Positions 43,541 through 52,942 of a stretch of DNA of 54,676 nucleotides are shown here, piece by piece. Under the pieces are notes generated by a model. It worked only from the letters and a program-made list of their open reading frames with translations. It did no database searches and was not told the origin of the DNA. Made by a program: the position numbers and the translations under genes. The stretch's first letter is position 1. Each line of letters starts with the position of its first letter. Origin of the DNA: an uncultured Muribaculaceae bacterium (GTDB lineage: Bacteria; Bacillota_I; Bacilli_A; RF39; UBA660); assembly GCA_964609995.1 (NCBI GenBank), contig CAZSTI010000002.1, positions 1 to 54,676 on the forward strand, given 5' to 3'.

Positions 43541-44659
43541 ATGAATTTTATAATTAAAAAAGAATTACTTTTAGAAAATTTAAATAATGTATCAAAAGCT
43601 ATTTCAAATAAAAATATAATACCTATATTAGGAGGTATTAAATTAGATTTAAAAGAAGAAGGATTATATTTAACTTGTAGTGATAATGAAATAACTATAA
43701 GATCTTTCATTGAAAAAAAATATATTGATAAAATAAATAATAATGGAAGTATTGTTATAATTGGAAGATATTTTATAGAATTAATTAGAAAAATACCTAG
43801 TGAATTAATTGAAATTATTACTGATGGTTTGAATTTAACAATTAGTACAATCAATGGTGAATATAATTTAAATGGAATGAATCCAGAAGAATTTCCAGAT
43901 AAATCATTAGAATTATCACCAAAACCAATAAAAATAGATAAAAATGTAATAAAAAATATAATTTTTCAAACATCTTTTGCAATTTCAAATCAAGAATCAA
44001 GACCAATATTAACAGGAATTAATTTTAAAATAAAAGATAAAATTATAGAATGTGTTGCAACTGATTCATATAGATTATCAAAAAAAACAATATCCATTGA
44101 TGAAAAAATTGAAGAAGAAGTTAACTTAGTAATCCCAGGTAGAAATTTAATTGAATTATCTAAAATAATAAACGAGGAAAATGAAAAAATTGAAATGCAT
44201 ATTTTTTCAAATAATGTTTTATTTAATTTTGATAATATAATGTTTCAAACTAGATTATTGAATGGTAATTATCCAGACACAACAAAATTAATTAAAATAG
44301 AACCAACATTAAAATTAAAAGTAAATACTGAAGATTTATATAACGCAATAGATAGAGCTTCATTATTAACCTCTGAGAAAGATAAAAATGTTATAAATAT
44401 GGAAATAAATAATAAAGAAATAGTAATTAGTTCAACTTCTCAAGAAATAGGTAAAATAGAAGAAAGAATTAATGTAGAAAAAGATAATAACCTTTCTATG
44501 AATATTTCTTATTCATCAAAATATATGATGGAAGCATTAAGAACTATAAAAAGTGAAAATACTTTTATTTTATTGAGTGGTGAAATTAAACCAATCATTT
44601 TAAAGTCAACTGAAGAAGATAATTTAATTCAGTTAATTGTTCCAATAAAAACTTTTTAA
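43541..44659 (+). CDS. dnaN: DNA polymerase III subunit beta (sliding clamp)
   Basis: 372 aa; typical MNFIIKKELL..., three-domain length, directly after dnaA. Confidence 0.95.
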   Translation: MNFIIKKELLLENLNNVSKAISNKNIIPILGGIKLDLKEEGLYLTCSDNEITIRSFIEKKYIDKINNNGSIVIIGRYFIELIRKIPSELIEIITDGLNLTISTINGEYNLNGMNPEEFPDKSLELSPKPIKIDKNVIKNIIFQTSFAISNQESRPILTGINFKIKDKIIECVATDSYRLSKKTISIDEKIEEEVNLVIPGRNLIELSKIINEENEKIEMHIFSNNVLFNFDNIMFQTRLLNGNYPDTTKLIKIEPTLKLKVNTEDLYNAIDRASLLTSEKDKNVINMEINNKEIVISSTSQEIGKIEERINVEKDNNLSMNISYSSKYMMEALRTIKSENTFILLSGEIKPIILKSTEEDNLIQLIVPIKTF

Positions 44660-44717
44660 TTTATATTGATTAAATTATATATATAAAGTATAATTTGTTT
44701 TCGAATTGGGTGATATT

Positions 44718-46532
44718 ATGAATTATGAAGTAATTGTTGTTGGAGGAGGACATGCGGGATGTGAAGCGGCTTTGGCTACTTCGCGTTTATTTCATAATAC
44801 TCTATTAATAACTGGAAATTTTGATATTGTCGCTCAAATGCCATGTAATCCTTCTATTGGAGGAAGTGCAAAAGGAATAGTAGTTAGAGAAATTGATGCT
44901 TTAGGTGGGGAAATGGGTAGGTGTGCAGATAAAACACTTATTCAAATGAAAATGTTAAATACAGGAAAAGGTCCTGCTGTAAGAAGTTTAAGATGTCAAG
45001 CAGATAAAGTTACATATCCAAAAGAAATGTTAAAAACATTAAAAAATCAATCTAATTTAGATTTAATTGAAAATATGGTCGAAGATTTAATAATAGAAAA
45101 TAATGAAGTAAAAGGAATAATATTAGAAAATGGTAATAAAATATATTCTAAAATAGTAATACTTACTACAGGAACTTATTTAAAAAGTGATATATTAGTT
45201 GGAAATATAAGAACAAGAATGGGCCCAATGGAACAAAAACCATCGTTATATTTAAGTGATAACTTAAAAAAATATGGTTTTGAAATTATTAGATTAAAAA
45301 CAGGCACTCCTCAAAGAATTGAAAAATCTTCAATTGATTTTTCAAAAACAAAAGTTGAACAAGGATCCCCAGAAGAATTTACTTTCAGTTTTGATAATAA
45401 AGTATATTATGATGTTAAAAAACAGATACCATGTCATTTAGTACACTCTACAAAAGAAACAAAACAAATTATATTAGATAATTTAAGTAAATCAAGTATA
45501 TATGGAGCTATAGAAGAAAAATTAGGAATTGGACCAAGATATTGTCCTTCTTTTGAAGATAAAATAGTAAAATTTGAAAATAAAGATACTCATCAAATCT
45601 TTTTAGAACCCGAAAGTTTATATTATGATGATATATATTTGCAAGGATTTTCTACAAGTATGCCAAAAGAAGTTCAAGATAAACTAGTTCATAGTTTACC
45701 AGGGTTAGAAAATGCAATTATTAATAAATATGCTTATGCTATCGAATATGATGCAATAAATCCTACACAATTAAAAAACAATCTTGAAACAAAAATAATT
45801 AATAATTTATTTACTGCTGGTCAAATAAATGGAACTAGTGGTTATGAAGAAGCTGCTTGTCAAGGATTAATGGCGGGGATCAATGCCGTTTTTAAACTAG
45901 AAAATAAGGAACCTTTTGTATTAACAAGAAATGAAGCGTATATTGGAGTATTAATTGATGATTTAATAACAAAAGGAACAAATGAACCATATAGGCTATT
46001 AACATCAAGAGCAGAATATAGACTTTTATTAAGGCACGATAATGCTGATTTAAGATTAATGGAATATGGCTATAAAATAGGACTTATTGAAGAACAAAAA
46101 TATTTAAAATTTATGAAAAAGAAACAAAATATTGAAGAATTAATTGTAAAAATCAAAAAAATAAAAGTAAATTCAAAGGAAACAATATATGAATACTTAA
46201 AGCACCCAGAATCAAATATTTATTCTGTAATTAATTTATTTGATAAAAAATATTCTAATGAAGAACTAGAACAAGTAGAAATTATTGTAAAATATGAAGG
46301 ATATATTAAAAAAACAGCAAAAAACGCAGAAAATATGTTAAAACTCGAATATAAAAAAATACCTGAAGACATAGATTATAATCAAATTAAAAACATAGCA
46401 ACTGAGGCAAGACAAAAATTAATTAAAATAAGACCTAAATCTATTGGTCAAGCTACTAGAATAAGTGGAGTAAACTTATCGGATATATCTGTATTATTAG
46501 TATATATGAAAAGGTATTTTAAAAATGAATGA
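44718..46532 (+). CDS. mnmG: tRNA uridine 5-carboxymethylaminomethyl modification enzyme MnmG
   Basis: FAD motif VIVVGGGHAGCEAA, GPRYCPSFEDK, QINGTSGYEEAA. The track start is a TTG, so I chose the ATG at 44718 behind GGGTGAT. Confidence 0.96.
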   Translation: MNYEVIVVGGGHAGCEAALATSRLFHNTLLITGNFDIVAQMPCNPSIGGSAKGIVVREIDALGGEMGRCADKTLIQMKMLNTGKGPAVRSLRCQADKVTYPKEMLKTLKNQSNLDLIENMVEDLIIENNEVKGIILENGNKIYSKIVILTTGTYLKSDILVGNIRTRMGPMEQKPSLYLSDNLKKYGFEIIRLKTGTPQRIEKSSIDFSKTKVEQGSPEEFTFSFDNKVYYDVKKQIPCHLVHSTKETKQIILDNLSKSSIYGAIEEKLGIGPRYCPSFEDKIVKFENKDTHQIFLEPESLYYDDIYLQGFSTSMPKEVQDKLVHSLPGLENAIINKYAYAIEYDAINPTQLKNNLETKIINNLFTAGQINGTSGYEEAACQGLMAGINAVFKLENKEPFVLTRNEAYIGVLIDDLITKGTNEPYRLLTSRAEYRLLLRHDNADLRLMEYGYKIGLIEEQKYLKFMKKKQNIEELIVKIKKIKVNSKETIYEYLKHPESNIYSVINLFDKKYSNEELEQVEIIVKYEGYIKKTAKNAENMLKLEYKKIPEDIDYNQIKNIATEARQKLIKIRPKSIGQATRISGVNLSDISVLLVYMKRYFKNE

Positions 46533-47226
46533 AATAGAATTTATAAATAATTTAAAAGAACTTAATATAGAAATTAACGAAATTCAGCTAAAACAATTAA
46601 AAGAGTATTGTGATTTTTTAATAGAATATAATAATAAAATTAATCTTACCTCAATAAATAGTATAAAAGACATATATTTAAAACATTTTTTTGATAGTTT
46701 AACATTGAATAAAGCAATCAATTTAAAAAAAATAAGAAACTTATGTGATGTAGGAACTGGTGCTGGTTTTCCAGGCATAGTAATTAAAATATTATTTCCA
46801 AATATTGAATTGACTTTAATAGAATCAACTAATAAAAAAACTATTTTTTTGAAAGAATTAGTTAATAAACTTAATATTAATGTTGAGATTATTAACAAAA
46901 GAGCAGAAGAATATTCAAAAACATGCAAAAACAGGTTTGATTTAGTAACATGTAGAGCTTTATCAAAATTAAATATTATATCTGAAATTTGTATTCCTAT
47001 GGTAAAAATAGGAGGATATTTTATTCCAATGAAGAGTGAAATAAAAACTGAAATTGAAAATACTGAATATTTAAAGTTATTAAATAGCAAAATAGAAAAA
47101 ATTTACGAATTTAATTTACCAATTGAAAATAGCAAAAGATCATTGATAGTAATAAAAAAATATAATAATTGTGATGATAAATTCCCAAGAAGTTATAAAA
47201 ACATTGTTGAAAAACCATTAAAATAG
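46525..47226 (+). CDS. rsmG: 16S rRNA (guanine527-N7)-methyltransferase RsmG
   Basis: DVGTGAGFPGI SAM motif; 8-nt overlap with mnmG; classic mnmG-rsmG pair. Confidence 0.95.
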   Translation: MNEIEFINNLKELNIEINEIQLKQLKEYCDFLIEYNNKINLTSINSIKDIYLKHFFDSLTLNKAINLKKIRNLCDVGTGAGFPGIVIKILFPNIELTLIESTNKKTIFLKELVNKLNINVEIINKRAEEYSKTCKNRFDLVTCRALSKLNIISEICIPMVKIGGYFIPMKSEIKTEIENTEYLKLLNSKIEKIYEFNLPIENSKRSLIVIKKYNNCDDKFPRSYKNIVEKPLK

Positions 47227-47294
47227 AAAAACATTGTTTTTTTTGTTATTTTTTAGTATTATATTAAATATAAGAATATGAGGGTGTAATTATT

Positions 47295-48620
47295 ATGAAT
47301 GATGAATTAGAAAAAGAAATTAAAGAAATATTTTTAGATGAAATAATTCCAAATAGGTTTCAACCTAGATTGAATTTTGATCAAAAATCATTGATGGAAT
47401 TAGCGGATTCAATTAAGCAACATGGAATAATACAACCTTTAGTAGTAAGAAAATTAGGAGAAAAATATGAAATAATTGCGGGAGAAAGAAGATATAAGGC
47501 ATCTCAAATAATTGGTTTAAGTAAAGTTCCTGCAATCGTTGTTGATTTAGATGATAATAAAAGTGCTGAAGTAGCAATAGTAGAAAATCTTCATAGAAAA
47601 AATATGTCTGCACTAGAAGAAGCAAAGTCATATAAAAAATTACTACAAAGAGGAATTACTCAAGAACAATTAGGAATTAGTTTAGGGAAAAGTCAATCAT
47701 ATATTGCGAACAAGTTAAGACTACTATCTTTAGATGAGAAAGTTCAAGAAGCATTAGTGAGGGAAGAAATATCTGAAAGACATGCGAGAAGTTTACTTTC
47801 AGTTAAGGATAACATAGAACAACAAAAGATGTTAAACGAAATAATAAGTAATAAACTTACAGTAAAAGCAACTGATGATATTATTAAAGAAAGATATGGT
47901 ATTCAAGAATTAGAGGAAGATGTAACGCAAAATAATCTTAATAAGACGAACGAAGAGAACGTAACCAATATTAATAATGGACCTGCTGAAATTGTCCAAA
48001 CACAACCAATACCAAATACTATAATGAATTTTAATTTAGAAACTCTTGAATCCGATGAAGACGAAACACAACCAATAATTAATACTCCGAAACCTTTTGT
48101 ATATCAAGAATTTAAAGAAGAACCAAAAGATCAAAAAGCTGAACCTCATAATAATTATGAAAAAAATCCTCAAATGGATATAATAAATAGGTTAAGTAAT
48201 ATTGAAAACGATACAGATTTAAATCTTTTTAAAGAATCAAATTTAGCTAATCCTAGCCCTTATGTAATTCCTAGAAAAGATATTAAAGATAATTATTTAA
48301 CACCACAATCTAATTATGCGCAATCTCAAACATTTGAAATTAATGATAATCAAACACAACAAAATCCTTCTGGATTTGATATTAATAAATTATTAGAATC
48401 AGATAAAGAACAAAGTAACACACAAGAAGAATTATTTACTCAAAATAGATTTATTATTAATGGTGAAGAAAAACAAAAGCCAGATAATTTTAATATATTG
48501 AATTCAAAAAATATTATAAAGAAAACTATTGATACTATTCAAAATAGTGGAGTAAAAATCGATTATGAAGAATTTGATTTTGAAAGATTATATCAAATAA
48601 TAATAAAAATAGATAAATAG
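47295..48620 (+). CDS. noc: ParB-family protein of the Noc (nucleoid occlusion) subtype with a long low-complexity insert
   Basis: ParB N-domain IIPNRFQPR, CTP-binding IIAGERRYKAS, HTH GKSQSYIANKLRLLSL, ISERHARSL, and C-terminus TIQNSGVKIDYEEFDFERLYQIIIKIDK. The C-terminus resembles remembered B. subtilis Noc (...VEDSGVKLNTEEEEFEEYIQLTIRIPK). Directly follows rsmG as noc does in Bacillus. Confidence 0.8.
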   Translation: MNDELEKEIKEIFLDEIIPNRFQPRLNFDQKSLMELADSIKQHGIIQPLVVRKLGEKYEIIAGERRYKASQIIGLSKVPAIVVDLDDNKSAEVAIVENLHRKNMSALEEAKSYKKLLQRGITQEQLGISLGKSQSYIANKLRLLSLDEKVQEALVREEISERHARSLLSVKDNIEQQKMLNEIISNKLTVKATDDIIKERYGIQELEEDVTQNNLNKTNEENVTNINNGPAEIVQTQPIPNTIMNFNLETLESDEDETQPIINTPKPFVYQEFKEEPKDQKAEPHNNYEKNPQMDIINRLSNIENDTDLNLFKESNLANPSPYVIPRKDIKDNYLTPQSNYAQSQTFEINDNQTQQNPSGFDINKLLESDKEQSNTQEELFTQNRFIINGEEKQKPDNFNILNSKNIIKKTIDTIQNSGVKIDYEEFDFERLYQIIIKIDK

Positions 48621-48645
48621 TTGTAGTCTTCTTACAGGAGGGAAG

Positions 48646-49242
48646 ATGAAAAAAAATGGATTTACTTTAATTGAAGTTTTGGCAGTTTTAATTATTATTA
48701 TGATATTAATAACTATTACTGTTCCAATATTAAGTGGTAAAATGGAAGAAACTAAAACAAAAGCTGCTGAAGCACAAATAAAAAATATTGAAATTGCAGC
48801 CAAAAAATATGTAACAGATAATATAAGAGATTTAGATGAATTAAATAGATTTGGTTTTATGAACGTAAGTTTAAAGACACTAATTGATAATAATTACATT
48901 GGTGCAAATATAAAAAACCCAATGAATAATGAAACATTATTTATTGATGACAATGTTTATATAACCTTAGATTATAATAATAATATAAAAACCAATTATG
49001 ATATTAATCAAAAAAACAAGGCTGCAATTACACTAAAGGGTTTTTATAATGACAAGGTAAAATTAGGAACACCATATGTTGATCCAGGAGCAATAGGGTT
49101 TGATGGTACAAACACTAATTCAAATGTTTTAGCATTTTCGGGCAGCGTAGATACATCAAAAGAAGGGATATATGTTTTGAAATACTATTATCAAACATCA
49201 AATATAATAGAGAGAAACGTAATTGTTACTGATGATATGTAA
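48646..49242 (+). CDS. prepilin-type N-terminal cleavage/methylation domain protein with one C-terminal Ig-like (DUF5011-type) domain
   Basis: MKKNG|FTLIEVLAVLIIIMILITI is a class III signal with Glu+5. The C-terminal ITLKG...LGTPYVDPGA.GFDG....V..SGSVDTSKEGIYVLKY fits the DUF5011 pattern. Confidence 0.75.
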   Translation: MKKNGFTLIEVLAVLIIIMILITITVPILSGKMEETKTKAAEAQIKNIEIAAKKYVTDNIRDLDELNRFGFMNVSLKTLIDNNYIGANIKNPMNNETLFIDDNVYITLDYNNNIKTNYDINQKNKAAITLKGFYNDKVKLGTPYVDPGAIGFDGTNTNSNVLAFSGSVDTSKEGIYVLKYYYQTSNIIERNVIVTDDM

Positions 49243-49258
49243 TTTTTAAGGAGTAAAT

Positions 49259-50110
49259 ATGAAAAACAAGGGATTCACTTTGATAGAAACTTTAGGAGTT
49301 TTAATATTATTAGGTGTATTAATTACAATATTGATAGCTATAGTTGATGAAGATTTAAATTATGGAAAAAGTTTTGCATCTGATGCACAAGTAAATTTAA
49401 TTGAAGAATCTGCAAATATTTATTATCAAAATTACAAGGCTGAAATACCCACAATAGGTATAAATAATATTGCAATTATTACTGTTCAAACATTATTTGA
49501 TAAAGGTTTTATTGATGATAAAGACTTAGTAATAAATACAAAACTTACTATTGAAAAAACAGATAAAGTAATATTATATCTAATAGATGGGGAAATATAT
49601 ACATTGTATGATAAAGAACAGAGAACAGAACCTATAATTGTATTAAAAGGACCTTCAGAGATTAAAATAAATATAAATGGAAGTTATTATGAGTACGGGG
49701 CCTTGGTAATTGATTCGACAAATATTACAATTAATAATTTAGATCCAATAAATATTACAGGAAGTGTCAATTCAAACGTTGAAGGTGAATACGAAATTAC
49801 ATATAGTTACGCTACATCTGATCAAGTTAAAAGAAAGGTAATTGTGGAAGATACAATTATAGAATCAGATACACAAAAACCAGTAATAACTTTAGTCGGA
49901 TCTAGCACAATATCTTTATTAGTAGGAAATACATATAATGAACAAGGCGCGATTGCTATAGATAACAAAGAAGGAGATATCTCAGCACGAATAACAATAA
50001 CAGGAGTAGTAAATACTTCTTCAAAAGGAACCTATTATAGATATTATGATGTGTCCGATGTTAATGGTAATAAAGCTGATACAATAACTAGAACAATTAA
50101 TGTTAATTAA
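49259..50110 (+). CDS. prepilin-type N-terminal cleavage/methylation domain protein with two Ig-like (DUF5011-type) domains
   Basis: MKNKG|FTLIETLGVLILLGVLITI; second repeat KPVITLVGSSTISLLVGNTYNEQGAIAIDNKEGDIS..ITITGVVNTSSKGTYYRYYDVSDVNGNKADTITRTINV. Confidence 0.75.
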   Translation: MKNKGFTLIETLGVLILLGVLITILIAIVDEDLNYGKSFASDAQVNLIEESANIYYQNYKAEIPTIGINNIAIITVQTLFDKGFIDDKDLVINTKLTIEKTDKVILYLIDGEIYTLYDKEQRTEPIIVLKGPSEIKININGSYYEYGALVIDSTNITINNLDPINITGSVNSNVEGEYEITYSYATSDQVKRKVIVEDTIIESDTQKPVITLVGSSTISLLVGNTYNEQGAIAIDNKEGDISARITITGVVNTSSKGTYYRYYDVSDVNGNKADTITRTINVN

Positions 50111-50136
50111 AATCTATAAAAATAGATTTTTTTTTA
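50109..50136 (+). terminator. intrinsic terminator closing the noc/pilin-like transcription unit
   Basis: AAAATCTAT-AAAA-ATAGATTTT followed by a T run, overlapping the stop codon of the 283-aa gene. Confidence 0.6.
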
Positions 50137-50206
50137 TTAAAAAAAGTATTTATTTTAAAATATAATATGTTATAATGTGCTATGTAATTTTTTATAGGAG
50201 AGGCAC

Positions 50207-50584
50207 ATGAGTGAAAAAAAAATAAAGACAGTATTAGTCAATTCAGAAAACGAAACAACTAATTATGAAACAATCGCAAAATATTATAAAGAAGATGAGA
50301 GTTATATTTATAAAGAAGAGGATTTGATAGTTACATTGAGAATTAACAAAAATCATATAAGTATAAATAGAAAAAATAATGATTATGATTTAAATTTAGA
50401 ATTTAAAGAAAACGAAACAATTATATGTAATTACAAAATTTTGTCTTTAGGATTAAATTTGGATTTATTGGTTACCACATTAAAGTTAGAAATTAAAGAA
50501 AAGTATATTTATATTCAATATAAATTAACAAATGATGAACTGGATATGGGAACATTTGAATATAAAATTACCTTTATTAATTAG
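50207..50584 (+). CDS. DUF1934 (YwiB-like) beta-barrel protein
   Basis: 125 aa; size, alternating beta pattern and ...YKEEDL..TLRINKN.ISINRK... resemble DUF1934; good SD GGAGAGG. Confidence 0.5.
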   Translation: MSEKKIKTVLVNSENETTNYETIAKYYKEDESYIYKEEDLIVTLRINKNHISINRKNNDYDLNLEFKENETIICNYKILSLGLNLDLLVTTLKLEIKEKYIYIQYKLTNDELDMGTFEYKITFIN

Positions 50585-50592
50585 GAGGAAAC

Positions 50593-51063
50593 ATGAAAAA
50601 AAGAGATATAGAAGTTAACAAGTTAACTTACCAAGATATTGCCTATAATATTATAAAAGAAGACAATGAACCAAAAACCACACTAGAATTGTTTAAGGAA
50701 ATATGTATGTTGCTTCAATTAGAGGAACAAAAATATCAAGAAGTAATCGGAGATTTTTATACAGCATTAAATTTAGATAAAAGATTTCACTTATTGGAAA
50801 ATAAAAAGTGGGACTTAAAAGAAAAACATCCAGTAGGAACAATATTAGATGATGATGATTTAGACGATATGGAAGGATTAGACTTAATAGATGATTATGA
50901 AATCGATGATGAAGATGATGAAGAAATTGAACCAGAAGAAGAAGAAATCGATGACGAAATAATTGATGAAGATGACGAAATATTAGACGAAGAAGAAATA
51001 TCTGAAATAGAAGATTTGACTATTATTGATGAAGAAGAATTAGAGTCAGACGATATTATATAA
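50593..51063 (+). CDS. rpoE: DNA-directed RNA polymerase subunit delta
   Basis: N-terminal HARE-HTH-like domain (...IGDFYTALNLDKRFHLLENKKWDLKEKHP) followed by an ~80-aa Asp/Glu tail, as in Bacillus RpoE. Confidence 0.88.
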   Translation: MKKRDIEVNKLTYQDIAYNIIKEDNEPKTTLELFKEICMLLQLEEQKYQEVIGDFYTALNLDKRFHLLENKKWDLKEKHPVGTILDDDDLDDMEGLDLIDDYEIDDEDDEEIEPEEEEIDDEIIDEDDEILDEEEISEIEDLTIIDEEELESDDII

Positions 51064-51073
51064 AAGGAGTCTT

Positions 51074-52129
51074 ATGATAAATAGATTAGATGATATTGAA
51101 AAAAAATATGAATCTTTAGAAAAAGAATTACTTAATCCAAGCGTTTTCAATGATATCGAATTATTAAAATCTAAATCAAAAGAAAAAAGAGAATTAGAAG
51201 AAATTGTAAGTATATATAGAAATTATAAAAACATAATTAATTCTATTAAAGACGCAAAAGAAATGTTAATTGAAAAAGAATTAGAAGAATTTGCAAAAGA
51301 AGAGATAGTTAATTTAAATATAAAAAAAGAAGAAATAGAACAAAACTTAGAGCTTATGTTAGTTCCAAAAGATATTAATGACGAAAAAAACGTAATTTTA
51401 GAAATCAGAGGAGCTGCAGGAGGAGACGAAGCAAATATATTTGCTGGTGATTTGTTTGATATGTACTCAAGATATATTGAATCAATGGGATGGAAAATTG
51501 AAATAATAAACGAATTAAAAGGTTCTTCTGGAGGATTCTCTCAAATAGAACTTATTGTTAAGGGAAAAGGAGCATATTCAAAACTAAAATATGAGAGTGG
51601 TACACATAGAGTTCAAAGAGTTCCAGAAACTGAAGCACAAGGAAGAATTCATACTTCAACCGCAACCGTAATTGTATTACCAGAACACGATAATATAGAT
51701 ATAGAAATTAAAGAAAATGATATAAAAGTTGATGTATATAGGTCAAGTGGAGCTGGTGGACAATCTGTAAACACAACAGACAGCGCAGTAAGAATGACTC
51801 ATATTCCAACCGGAATAGTTGTAACCTGCCAAAATGAAAGAAGTCAAATCAAAAATAGAGAAAAAGCTCTTCAATTATTGAAAAGCAAAATTTATGAAGA
51901 AACCATTAGACAAAAAGAAGAAAAAGAAGATAGCGAAAGAAAAAGTAAAATTGGAAATGGAGATAGATCTGAAAAAATTAGAACATATAATTATCCTCAA
52001 AATAGGGTTACAGATCATAGAATAAATTTAACTATTATGAATTTAGATAGAATAATGCTTGGAGAAATGCAAGAATTGATAGAGGGATTAATAAATGAAG
52101 ATCAAAGAAGAAAATTACAAAACAATTGA
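51074..52129 (+). CDS. prfA: peptide chain release factor 1
   Basis: GGQ motif SGAGGQSVNTTDSAVR and RF1-type tripeptide region RVQRVPETE. Confidence 0.96.
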   Translation: MINRLDDIEKKYESLEKELLNPSVFNDIELLKSKSKEKRELEEIVSIYRNYKNIINSIKDAKEMLIEKELEEFAKEEIVNLNIKKEEIEQNLELMLVPKDINDEKNVILEIRGAAGGDEANIFAGDLFDMYSRYIESMGWKIEIINELKGSSGGFSQIELIVKGKGAYSKLKYESGTHRVQRVPETEAQGRIHTSTATVIVLPEHDNIDIEIKENDIKVDVYRSSGAGGQSVNTTDSAVRMTHIPTGIVVTCQNERSQIKNREKALQLLKSKIYEETIRQKEEKEDSERKSKIGNGDRSEKIRTYNYPQNRVTDHRINLTIMNLDRIMLGEMQELIEGLINEDQRRKLQNN

Positions 52130-52910
52130 TCTTTTTTCTTATTGTAAAAAAATGGGATTAAGCGATATTGATTCTAAATATTTTATTGATAATATATCAA
52201 AATATGATTTAACTAAACAACAAAAACTAATAAAAAGATTAAAAAAAGAACCCATTCAGTATGTATTAGGAGAAACAAATTTTTATGGGTATACCTATAG
52301 AGTAAATAAATTTGTTTTAATTCCAAGATTTGAAACTGAGGAACTTGTCGAAAATACAATTAAATATATAAAAAATCATTTTATAAATGTGGTAAAAGTT
52401 TTAGATTTGGGGACAGGTTCTGGTTGTATAGGCATTACCTTGAAAAGAGAACTTCCTAATATTGATATAACTCTTTCTGATATTAGTAAAAAAGCTCTTT
52501 TGATTGCAAAAGAAAATTCTAATTCAATTGATTTAAAATTAGTAAAGAGCAATCTTTTAAATAAATTTATAAATAACAAAGAAAAGTTTAATGTTATTAT
52601 ATGTAATCCCCCATATATATCAAAAACCGATAAAATAGAAAGAATTGTTAAGAAAAATGAACCTCATAAAGCTTTATATGCAAAAAATCATGGATTATAT
52701 TATTATAAAGAAATATTGAGAAATGTTAGAAAAGTATTACAAGATAGATTCCTTATTGCATTCGAAATTGGTTCAACCCAAAAAGAGGATATTATTAATT
52801 TAATTAATACTTATTTAAATAATATTACTATAGAAACAAAAAAAGATTTGCAAGGAAGAGATAGAATGATTTTCATACATAACTTGACAAAACAGAAAAA
52901 AGATGTATAA
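52095..52910 (+). CDS. prmC: release factor glutamine N5-methyltransferase PrmC/HemK
   Basis: DLGTGSGCIG SAM motif and catalytic NPPY. 35-nt overlap with prfA if the ATG at 52095 (behind GAGGGA) is used; an alternative ATG is at 52152. Confidence 0.9.
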   Translation: MKIKEENYKTIDLFSYCKKMGLSDIDSKYFIDNISKYDLTKQQKLIKRLKKEPIQYVLGETNFYGYTYRVNKFVLIPRFETEELVENTIKYIKNHFINVVKVLDLGTGSGCIGITLKRELPNIDITLSDISKKALLIAKENSNSIDLKLVKSNLLNKFINNKEKFNVIICNPPYISKTDKIERIVKKNEPHKALYAKNHGLYYYKEILRNVRKVLQDRFLIAFEIGSTQKEDIINLINTYLNNITIETKKDLQGRDRMIFIHNLTKQKKDV

Positions 52911-52942
52911 TAACAACCAAATTATTCAAAAAGGGGGATTTT

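Noticed and set aside
43465-43854. 129-aa minus-strand ORF spanning the dnaA-dnaN spacer and the dnaN 5' end, predicted to be very hydrophobic
   Set aside because: It is antisense to the well-supported dnaN. Its I/L/F/S-rich low-complexity composition is typical of the reverse frame of AT-rich genes. It has no SD.
46584-47090. 168-aa minus-strand ORF antisense to rsmG; similar ORFs at 38514-39101, 39996-40316, 27660-28004, 17613-17927, 13832-14140 and 9268-9699
   Set aside because: All are embedded antisense in strongly supported housekeeping genes. They have no ribosome-binding sites and have the same low-complexity composition, so I treat them as spurious.
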